Source: Octopus sinensis (Eukaryota). Taken from it: 64,000 nucleotides of DNA. Each line of letters begins with the position of its first letter. The stretch's first letter is position 1. The stretch covers positions 158,038,001-158,102,000 of the forward strand of contig NC_042999.1 in NCBI RefSeq assembly GCF_006345805.1, given 5' to 3'. Of this stretch, positions 52,335 to 64,000 are shown piece by piece. The notes below the pieces were generated by a model that was not told the DNA's origin, did not search any database, and was given only the letters and a program-made list of their open reading frames with translations. The position numbers and the translations under genes were made by a program.

Positions 52335-52697
52335 CACCGTGATCACCGTGACCAACCAGGCTATCAGATGTTGCTACACAATTCAAATATGCTTCGGTGT
52401 TGTTAGTGTCGTGTAAAATGGTGATAACAAAAACAAGAAACAACAAATGCGCTTCGCATTGTTTTAGCCTTCAAATGACGCCACCCCGCTGGCTAAGCGA
52501 GCAGGCCAACAGAAGAAGAAGTGAGAGAAAGTTGTGGCGAAAGAGTACAGCTGAGATCGCTACCACCCCCTGCCGGAGCCTCGTGGAGCTTTAGGTGTTT
52601 TCGCTCAATAAACACTCACAACGCCCGGTCTTGGAATCGAAACCGCGATCCTACGACCGCGAGTCCGCTGCCCTAACCACTGGGTCATTGCGCCTCC
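52335..52697 (-). mobile_element. tRNA(Arg)-like SINE (OR type, tail 2), full length with 13-bp TSD
   Basis: TSD AGGATGTTTATAT at 52322-52334 and 52698-52710. The head is shared with 23661; the tail matches the tail-only copies at ~37307-37432 and ~46457-46580. Confidence 0.9.
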
Positions 52698-55328
52698 AGG
52701 ATGTTTATATATCTACGAATATTCAACTTAAATCACCTAAAGAGATCTTTCCCGGACGAAAATCCGCAGCCCTCGGCGTTTAACAACACATACGGTAAGT
52801 AATATTAAAAGTGTTTATGTGTAAATATATTTGTCCATGTATTTACATTTTTATTTCATCCAAAGCAAAGCCTTGTAACACACACACGTGCACACACACA
52901 CACATACACTCACACCACACACACATACACTCACACACACACACATACACGCACACACATACACACACACACACACACATCAATAAAAACAAAAGAACAG
53001 ATTGCTCGCGGAGTCATCTCCACCACCTACTTTGTCATTTGTGTTATTTTTGTTGTTGTTGTTGCTGCTTGTGTGGTTAAAAATGTTGTTCCTGTTATTG
53101 TTATTCTCGTGCAAGCTTATACTGTATGAGAAGAAATTTCCTGCTACCACCTTGTTAAATCTGTTAGTAGGCATTAATTCCAAACAGGCGACAAAATCAG
53201 CTGGAAGAAAATAAATATTTAAAAAAACTTATACAGTTTATGGCACAATTTGGCAGTTCCTCTCTTCATCCAGTGAGATAGGGGTCCTTATTTAACGTTT
53301 AAAAAAAAAGTTACGATAGCAAACAAGTTGATTTCAACAAAATTTCACAAACCTTCGGGAGTTGATGCGACACAAGCACAAACGATAATAATGATAATGA
53401 TGATGATGATGATGATAATGATGATATCTTTGATTAGCCACGAGAGCTCAAAGAAAACAAAGATATTACGAAAAACAAAATTCAAATATGCTTCGGTGTT
53501 GTTAGTGTCGTGTAAAATGGTGATAACAAAAACAAGAAACAACAAAATTCCAACAAAGGAACCTCTCCATTTAGTGGTTTAACTGCTCAGAACCACCCTA
53601 CAGAACTTTGAGGACTTTGACAAGGCAAAAAAAAATAAAAAAGAGAAAGAAGTCTTATGTTTTCTTCCACATTTCGTTCCTCGGCCTACAGGCGCATGCG
53701 CGGAGCAGGCTCGTTCACATGTCTCATATTCAACTCTCACCCACCTTCAAAGAATTTGCTGGGGCAGCACCTCCTATACACCATCACCTCCTTCTCCAAT
53801 TAAAATTTGAAAATGTTGATGAAGGCTTGGTCGATCCAAACTTAGCCATTGCGCAATCTCTTTCGCTATTGCAAACAGAAAGAGTGCATGCGCTTCTCGG
53901 CCAAAGGCAGAAACTGGAGCGGCTGACAGACGTACCCGTCTTACTCGTGACAACAGCGGTTGGACATAATTGGTAAACTAATGTGTGCAAAACAATGTCG
54001 TTCCCTTTGCGTGCAATTTGGACTAATCCAGCTGACGGTACTTCTGGATTATAGAATTTGTCTCCTTTTGGCAATGCTCTCCAATTTAGGCAAGGAATTT
54101 CTGGAAGATATCCATAACTACGGTGCCAAAAGTTCTTTGGAATAGACTAGCTGGTTGTTTCTTATCGACTCCTTGAGTTTCACGACAGCGTTGTCACATT
54201 TCCCCACCAGTAGTCTTCTAAAGAATGCTTAAGTAGAATTCCACAGACCCATTGCCCGAGTCGTAGAGGGCTGTAAGCGCTTGGCAAGATTCGAAATGGC
54301 AGGCGTCCAGTCTTGGCTTTTGACTGTCTCAAGACTGCAGTTCTAGTAAAGAACTGCGTACCTGTAAAAAGGCTTCCACACCTACTGAGTGTTAACAAGT
54401 ATTTGAAAATGCCGCAGCCTCAGAACATTTATGATGTTATGATGTTATGATGCCGCAGCCTCAGAACATTTATGATGTTATGATGTTTTTAACTTAGGCA
54501 CAAAGCCAGCCATTTGAACTGAGGCAACAGTTGATTTCATTATTCCAAGTACTACTTGACTGGTACTTTATTTATCGAACCTGGTGGGATGAAACGTAAA
54601 GTTAACCTCGGCAGCAAAGTTAACCTGAGGAGGTAAAGAACAACAAGTATTTTATAAATGATCTATCGATTCAGCAAATTCACCCCCTTAATCATTTCTG
54701 ATATAGGATCAGAAGGGGATCACTCGAGTACTTAATTTTATTGCTTGAGAGGAGATGATAGACAAAGCTGAGCATGGTGGGATTTGGACTGAAAATGTAA
54801 GGTCCATTACTAAATATTGTTACGTATTTTGTCCGAGTACAACATCACTATTCTGATATATAAATAAGGATAATAAATTATTGTTTCTACTTTAGGCCAA
54901 CGGCCTGAAATTTTGCGAGGCGGGATTGGTCGATTAACTCAACCCCAGTGCTCTACTGGTCCTACTTTAATGATCACGAATTGATGAAAGGCAGACCGAG
55001 CCTTGGCGGAATTTGAATTCAGAACGTAAAGTCGAACTAAATTCCAGTAAGCATTTTGTCCGGCGTTGTAATGATTCTGCCAGCTCCCCGCCTTAATAAT
55101 CCTTTCTACTATAGATACAAGGCCTGAAATTTGAAGGGAGGAGTTTCCTCGATTACATCAGTTCCAGTGTTCAGCTGGTACTTATTGTATCCCCCGCAAA
55201 GATGAATAGCAAAGTCGACCTCGGCGAAACTTGAGCTCAGAGCATGAGGACAGGCGAAATGTCGCCAAACATTTTGCCCAGTAAACTAACGATTCTGTCT
55301 GCTCACTGTCTTCGCTCCCTTAATAATA

Positions 55329-55375
<47 letters not shown>

Positions 55376-55376
55376 A

Positions 55377-55432
<56 letters not shown>

Positions 55433-55886
55433 AATAATGATAATAATGATAATGTCAGTTGTTTGACCTTAACCAGTTGATCATGTCCCTTAGTAGCTGA
55501 CGATATGTGCATCTCTGATCACGAGCAGAAGCAGTGGGGGATCATCATGGCCATGGGTTGAAAGAAATTCTTGGAGATTTAGATGATTCATCTTTGGAAA
55601 TATGGATGGTTCGTTCTACATCCATAAACAATCCTTGTTCAGGGACCTTTTGAGCGGGATGGGCTACTCGACCAGAAGAAAATTCTAAGTGGGCCGCACG
55701 TGCAAGGTCATGCGCTGTTTATCTTGATATGAGATCACCATGTCGCGCACACATGGTTGTGATACATGTGCCTGGTGTGCCCTTATCAAATGGGTTAGAG
55801 TCATGATGAGTATACTGGGCTTCGTATATTTTACCCCAGTGTCATTTTGATGGCATGCACTGCTCTATCACTCAATAATAATAGTA

Positions 55887-55935
<49 letters not shown>

Positions 55936-56503
55936 TAATAATAATAATAATCCTTTCTACTCTAGGCACAAAGCTTGAAATTTTGGGTGAAGGTTCTAGT
56001 CGATTTAATTGACCCCAGTGTTTCCCTGGTACTTAATGTATCGGTACCGAAATGATGAAAGCAAAGACCTCAGTAGAGTTAGAACTCAGAACGTAGTGGC
56101 AGGCAGAATACCGCTATGCATTTCGCCGGGCGTGCTAACGACTCTGCTTATATCTACTGTCTCTCTCAATTTCTCTCTTTCTCTCTTTCTCTTTCACTTC
56201 TTTCGTGTTCCTCTTCTCTCCCGCTTTTGATTTAGCAATATGTGTATGTATCTATGTATCTACTTCTCTTGTGATGTGATAAACATTTAAAAACACAAAA
56301 ACGAACGCCGTCACCACTCACCGTCTCTTTCACTCTACTTCTTTCTCTCTCACTCTCCATTTCTCTTTCTCACTCTCTCTCTCTTACTTCCTCTCTACCC
56401 TCCTCTCTCTCGCTTTGTCACTTCTTTGAAGTAAGTGTGACGCACACGACAGGTACGTACAAAAACAAAAAGTTAGCGTATTAATATTATTGATGATGAT
56501 AAA

Positions 56504-56552
<49 letters not shown>

Positions 56553-58470
56553 GTGATGATGATGATGATGATGATAATGATGATGATGATGATGATAATA
56601 ATAATAACAATAATAACAACCCTTATTTTGGCACAAGGCCTGAAATTTTGGGGTCCTTAGTGTTCAACTGGTACTAATTTTACTGATCCCGAAAGGATGA
56701 AAGCAAAGTTTGTCTCGGAGGAATTTGAATTCAATACTGGATTAAGACAGAGGACCAGCTCAATTTTGGGTGGGGAGTCAGTAGTCAATACCATATACCC
56801 AAAACATTTGCCTGATACTTGATTTTATCGAACCTAAAAGGATGAACAGCAAAGTTGAACTCAGCGGGATTCAGCATGTAAAGAGCCGAAACAGATACTG
56901 CAAGACATTCATTCCGATATGCTGCCAGAATCCATTAGGGCTTACGTGGGCCGATTCTAAATTCAGGAAGTATTTATGTTAATGGTATGCACAGCAAAGC
57001 CCCTTCCTGATAAAAGATCAGTATTTCTGTGGTGATGCAAGTACATCATAGAGAACACATCTTCAAGTTTTAAATTAAATGTCTTATATCTAAGAAGAAG
57101 TTAAAAACAAATGAAAATAACTTGCAGTGGATAAGAAGTCATTATCTATGAACCGACGTTTCAGTATCTGATCCATTCTGACACTTTAATTCTACATGAC
57201 TGATTTACTGTTAAGATTACGAGCCGATGTGAGTGCTCTGCGTAGTTTTTCGACCTGCTATAAAATAGTTGCTACATAGCCTTCAAATCACACCCAGTCA
57301 TCTCAAAATTTAAAGACAACGTGGTTCTTACTGTTATGTTTTTGTTAATGGCGGGAATTAAATGTATGATCACGACTGGATTGTCTTTGATTATAAGTAT
57401 ACTCGTTCAGGGGATGCACAATAATAACCAAAACAACAACTGTCATGACTAGAAACATTAGTTAATATCACACAATATCTTACGCGATATTGCATGAAAT
57501 ATCCAAAGCGCTGTTAAAAGGCAAGGATACATTGAAACAAATATGTTGCTGTATTTCTAATAATCACATTGTTTTAGCTGTTCCAGGATATTGCACAACA
57601 TATGATATCCATTCTTTTAAGCTAGATTTAGGAATTTCAATCATAAACGCTTCTTTAGTTATCGCTGATTTCTTTCCATTGAACTCCTGTAATGTGTAAT
57701 CTCGTCAGACAGAACTGATATCTAAGACAATACATGCAAGATGTGTTCGCAATTTGCATTCTCACCCACAGTATAATTACAACAAGCTGCTTTCAGCTTG
57801 TTCGAGAAAATAAATGACGATAAAAAGAAATATGTTATCGATTAGGTGGGAAGGCTAATAACAAGAATTTCTCACGCTTTCATCTGTCAATCGTTCATTC
57901 ACTTTCTTATCTTTTGATAAAGTCGGCCAACGATCACAAGCAAACAGATCGACGGATAAAGATACAGAAACACCTGCATTTCACAATAGCTTCAGCAAGC
58001 CAAAACTGTTTTTCTTGGCCTCACCTACAGCGGAGAGATTACTTTGATTTTCGCGTCCTCTCTCTCTCATTCTCTCTGTCCTATTCTCTCTCTCTCTCTC
58101 CCATCACTCTCTATTTCTCTCTGTCTTATTCACTCTCTCTCTCCCCTCTCTCGCTATTGCTCTCTCTCTCTCTCTCTTTATTTTTCCTTCTTTATCTCAG
58201 CCCTTTTACCAAAGTCTCCGATTTCCTTTCTACTCAATAATTTTTCTACAAGATAAAGTGTTTGTCACTCAGTCTCATTTCCGATTTACTGTTAATGAGG
58301 AAATCCATAATTCCACTGTTACATGATAATAATCAAGAGACATATTTGGAAAGCATGAATCTGTTCGAATGTTTTTATTGAATTTAAATTTTCGATAATT
58401 CCTCTTTGGAACAAAATAGCTTTATGAATTTGCGAGAATTCCTTTTAGCATATACACATGAAATTTTCTT

Positions 58471-59035
58471 GTGTATGTATGTATGTATGTATGTATGTAT
58501 GTATGTATGTATGTATGTATGTATGTATGTATGTATGTATTTATGTATGTATGTAAGTATGTATGTATGTATGTATGTATGTATGTATTTATGTATGTAT
58601 GTAAGTATGTATGTATGTATGTATGTATGTATGTATTTATGTATGTATGTAAGTATGCATGTATGTATGTATGTATGTATTTATGTATGTATATATGTAT
58701 GTATGCATGTATGTATTTATGTATGTATTTATGTATGTATGTATGTATGTATGTATGTATGTATTTATGTATGTATGTATGTATGTATGTATGTATGTAT
58801 GTATGTATGTATTTATGTATGTATGTATGTATTTATGTATGTATGTATTTATGTATGTATGTAAGTATGTATGTATGTATGTATGTATGTATGTATTTAT
58901 GTATGTATGTATGTAAGTATGTATGTATGTATGTATGTATGTATGTATGTATGTATGTATTTATGTATGTATGTATGTATGTATGTATGTATGTATGTAT
59001 GTATGCATGTATTTATGTATGTATGTATGTATGCG
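58471..59035. repeat. Long (ATGT)n microsatellite with recurring variant units
   Basis: ~565-bp array with periodic TATT, TAAG and TGCA interruptions. Confidence 0.95.
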
Positions 59036-59743
59036 TGCGTGCGTGTGTACGTGTGTGTGTGTGTGTGTGTGTACGTGTGTGTATGTGTACGCGCATGTGT
59101 GTGCCTGCTTATAACATGATTCAGCTTTCAGCTTTAACCAAGCAGAATCTTACTCATAATGATGTTTATAAAATAGGAAGTTTTTCCTATCAAGAAAAAA
59201 CACGTCGCAGTCAAGTAGCGGCTTAACCTCTTCTTTTGACTTGAGTCAATACACTGCTATATAGTATTAATTTTTCTATTATTCACCCAAAATCTATGCG
59301 GTAGCTCGAAAACAGCAATTATCACGTGATTAATATTGAATATTACTGATAAGTGTTGTTTGTTCTTTCCGTTGGTTTGTAGAGCGTAGTGTGCGGTGGG
59401 TGGTTTTAGATTTGCCGATTTCGCAGTCTGTTGACAATGTATAAAATTAGTACTCCTTTCGATTATTTCCATGTCTATTTATTTATTTACTAGTGTGAGA
59501 AGGGAGTGAAAGGCGGATTAAGCAGGTGAGACTAATTCATTGCTAGCAGTCTTCAAACTACAGGTGTTTCAATGTCTATAGCTTATACGATGTCATCTCT
59601 ATCAGTGTTTTCATTCACTCTCCCTAACCGTTGAATCGGTTTTACTTCCTGTTTCACTATTCTCTTTCAACTTCATTATTTCGCTTTCTTCTAATTTGCG
59701 AATCTTCATCAACACTAATGAATCAACGTGGAGAATTCATTAT

Positions 59744-60143
59744 TACTCTTTTACTCTTTTACTTGTTTCAGTAATTTGACTGCGGCCATGCTGGAGCACC
59801 GCCTTTTTAATCGAGCAACTCGACCGCGGGACTTATTCTTTTGTAAGCCCAGTACTTATTCTATCGGTCTCTTTTGCCGAACCGCTAAGTAATGGGGACA
59901 TAAACACACCAGCATCGGTTGTCAAGCAATGCTAGAGGGAGAAACACACTCACACAAACACACACACGCATATATATATACATATATACGACGGGCTTCT
60001 TTCAGTTTCCGTCTACCAAATCCACTCACAAGGCTTTGGTCGGCCCGAGGCTATAGTAGAAGACACTTGCCCATGGTGCCACGCAGTGGGACTGAACCCG
60101 GAACCATGTGGCTGGTAAACAAGCTACTTACCACACAGCCACT
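59744..60143 (-). mobile_element. SINE family A, full length; partly duplicated at 60350-60601
   Basis: Reverse complement of the consensus. A second copy of the head half follows after an older, oppositely oriented head at ~60190-60345. Confidence 0.85.
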
Positions 60144-60699
60144 CTGTGAATTTTCCTATCATTCGGAACTAGTAAGAGATTTCTACATGTAGGCGCAGGT
60201 GTGACTTGTGTGGTAAAGAAACTTGCTTCTCGTTCATGTGGTCCTTGATTCAGTCCCACTGTGTAGTATCTTGGGCAAGTGTCTTCTATTATAGCCTCGG
60301 GCCAGCCAAAACCTTGTGAGAGAATTTGGGAGATGGAAACTGAAAGCATGGGGACATAAACACACCAGCATCGGTTGTCAAGCAATGCTAGGGGGACAAA
60401 CACAGACACACACACACTCATATATATATACATATATACGACGGGCTTCTTTCAGTTTCCGTCTACCAAATCCACTCACAAGGCTTTGGTCGACCCGAGG
60501 CTATAGTAGAAGACACTTGCCCAAGGTTCCACACAGTGGGATTGAACCCGGAACCATGTGGTTGGTAAACAAGCTACTTACCACACAGCCACTCCTGCGC
60601 CTATGACAACAAAGAGCAAATATTTTTTCTGTGCGCGCGATTAGACTCAGAAAGTTTGTGAGGAACCCATCAACCTAATTTGCTGACTTTACCGATGGC

Positions 60700-61015
60700 C
60701 CGCACGTGTCAATGAATGGCTGAATTACCAAATCCAAGCTTCTCTGCTAGTTCCTCAACAGTTACGATGGGATTTTGTTCCAATAGGGTTTGCAGGACGT
60801 TCTGGTCTTCAGATCTTCCAGGACGAGGCTCGTCTTCTAGGCTGTAGTTTCCGGCTCTGAGTCTGGAAGCACCGTTGGCACTGGCTTATGCTTCTTGCTC
60901 GATCCCCATGTACTGCATTAATATTCCTCGCACTTTCCGTTGCGTTGTAGGCTTTAATGAACTCATAAAGCAAAATATGCCGAATATATTCCTTTGTCAC
61001 TTCTATTATAGATTT
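60700..61015 (-). mobile_element. Mariner transposase 5' fragment
   Basis: MTKEYIRHILLYEF...NATESARNINAVHGD...SQCQR, then a frameshifted EDEPRPGR-like segment. Confidence 0.75.
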
Positions 61016-61035
61016 GAAAAAGAATTATATATATA

Positions 61036-61136
<101 letters not shown>

Positions 61137-61152
61137 CTTTCTCTCACTCTCA

Positions 61153-61209
<57 letters not shown>

Positions 61210-62116
61210 CATATATATACATACATACACATATGCATATATTTATATCTATATATGCATATATATATATATATAAATTAATAAATAAAACATATGCATA
61301 TATACATACATATATGTACGTACCTACCTCTACATGTATATATAAGGCATATATGGGTACAGGACACAAAAAAAAACGTCGAACACAATGAGAAACGAAA
61401 ACATAAACACAAAACCAAGGAACTGGACATTTTTCTTAAACAACGAAAAAGTAGAGTACAGGACAAATAACACAAGGAAAATTCCCCTTCTTCAGTCGCC
61501 ATGGTTTCATCTACTCTGCGTTTCGAAGGTGAAGGCAATACGCATCTTCGATAGAAACTTTCCTTCCAGCGTAAAGCAAATTAAATAAAATTTGAGATCT
61601 TTTTGCGGAGGGGTAAAAATGGTAACAGAAACAGGACAGTAACGACAATACAAAATATAAACAGTAAAAGACAGGACAAGGAGAATAACAAGACAAGAAG
61701 GGCTTTTAAACCGCACGAGAAAAAGTATTACGAACGCTATTTTTGAGAACGGCGAAGGAGCGACAGAAAATGCCGTCCACACTTCAAGGACGGCAGGCCA
61801 GAAAGGCAGTAGCAGAGCTCTCGTCGCGGGTCAAAGACGGGAGTGAGGAGGAGGAGGAGCAAGAGAAAGGGAGAGAGAAAAGGGAATGGTTGTGAGGAAA
61901 CCAGAAAGAATGAGAGAGAGAGAGAGTGGGAGAGACAGTAAGGTAGAAGAAAAGGAAACCAGAAAGAATGAAGGCTGAGAAAGGGAGGGGACAGAAAAGT
62001 CAAGAGTGCGCGTCATTATTAATATCAAGAACAATCTTACTTAGAAATGGATGCGTGCGTTCCGTCATATAATATATTAATAAATAAAACACATGCATAC
62101 ACACACACACACACAC

Positions 62117-62191
<75 letters not shown>

Positions 62192-62239
62192 CGCATCTAT
62201 ATAGTTGTATCTGTATACATATATGTACATATATATATA

Positions 62240-62273
<34 letters not shown>

Positions 62274-63047
62274 TACACATAGATCTGCACTCTTTAAAAC
62301 TTGCACTATGAATAAGGACAAAGTAAAATTACTACCAGCTTTTATAGCAAGTTGATGCAAGTAGTTGATACCATCCCCCTCCGACTTTTAGTTCATGCAA
62401 TTGAAAAATCCTCATTATTTATGGCCTGACCCAATATATATATTTGTGGGTGTGTTCGTGTGTGTATGCGCGCGCGTGTGTGTGTGTATGTATGGATATG
62501 GTGAGTAGAAGACGACGTATGAACGCTCAGCATTTGCCAAACGACCTGCACAAATGATCTGTTTATTATAGTGATGAAAAGTTCGTGTCGCATATTAGCT
62601 CACTCCCTCCAAAATAATCAACTTTGCCTGAAGAGGTGCACAGTATACCAAGCGTCAGGTGTCAAAGTGATCGCAGGGGCAACGTGAGATGAAGTGTTTT
62701 CTCAAGAACGCAACGCACGACCCAGTTTAGGAATTCGAACCACAATCGTTAGATTGTGAGTGCAACACCACGACCACTGAACCATATATAAATATATGTG
62801 TGTGTGTATGTGTGTACGTGTCTTTCTATTAGTACTAGGCGCCCACCACCGGCTGACAACCAGTGTTGGTTTGTTTCCGTCCTCGTAACTTAGCGGTTCG
62901 GCATAAGGTGTGGACAGAATAGATACCAGGTTTAAAACAAAAATTAGTACAGGGGTCGATTTGTTCGACTAAATCCTTCAAGGTGGTACCCCATCATGGC
63001 CGCAGTCCAAAGACTGAATCAAGTAAGAGTTAAAAGATAAGATGTAC

Positions 63048-63570
<523 letters not shown>

Positions 63571-63960
63571 ATATGTACATCAGAAGCTACATCAATAATA
63601 ATAGAACAAAACACAGTACCATATACAGCTGTCGACTTAGAACTTATGAAATAGTCGGGGTTATTAAGTTTAACTAGAATATATCGACTTATGCCTTCAA
63701 GCTGAATTTTTTTTTCTATTATGTATTGTAAAAGCTAACTTACATATGAACTTTAAAAACCATCATTTATTGTTTTCAAAGCCTGTTTCTTCTAATTTCG
63801 GTTTTCTTTCCCATCTGCCTTAACGAAGGATATGGTATATGGTATTCAGCTGAGAGCCAACCACTGTTTCAGTAAAATGTATGCAGAATATACATATATA
63901 TATGCATCTATATACCATCTATATACATATACATACATACATACATACATACATATACTC

Positions 63961-63998
<38 letters not shown>

Positions 63999-64000
63999 AT

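Noticed and set aside
61485-61560. Hammerhead-like CTGAAGA and GAAAC strings on the minus strand
   Set aside because: The order and pairing do not close stems I-III. Similar degenerate strings at ~33340, ~37160 and ~38215 were also not called.

Overview
This is eukaryotic, AT-rich, microsatellite-dense genomic DNA. The (TA)n/(ATGT)n/(ATCT)n tracts and tRNA-derived SINE families point to a coleoid cephalopod, most likely Octopus; this is inferred from repeat content. One host gene is supported: the last two coding exons (3776-4396, 5180-6276, + strand, GT-AG phase-1 intron) of an intact but strongly divergent class C GPCR. It has a CaSR/GPRC6A-like WIASEAW motif, a complete 9-cysteine domain and a 7TM with eroded signalling motifs; its 5' exons were not found in the window. 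The remaining ~57 kb is a layered transposon landscape: SINEs, decayed R4/Dong, RTE and L1/Tx1 LINEs, Tc1/mariner/pogo fossils, MITEs, three non-autonomous Helitrons and a 100-N gap. The most interesting signal is a set of small (TA)n-flanked elements carrying minimal type I hammerhead ribozymes (about 8 motifs from several unrelated families, with canonical, G8A and U3-A8 cores). Several of these form long fold-back hairpins, consistent with Penelope-like element termini or retrozyme-like elements. Almost all ORFs in the supplied track are microsatellite artefacts. All motif calls were made by eye; no searches or folding were run.
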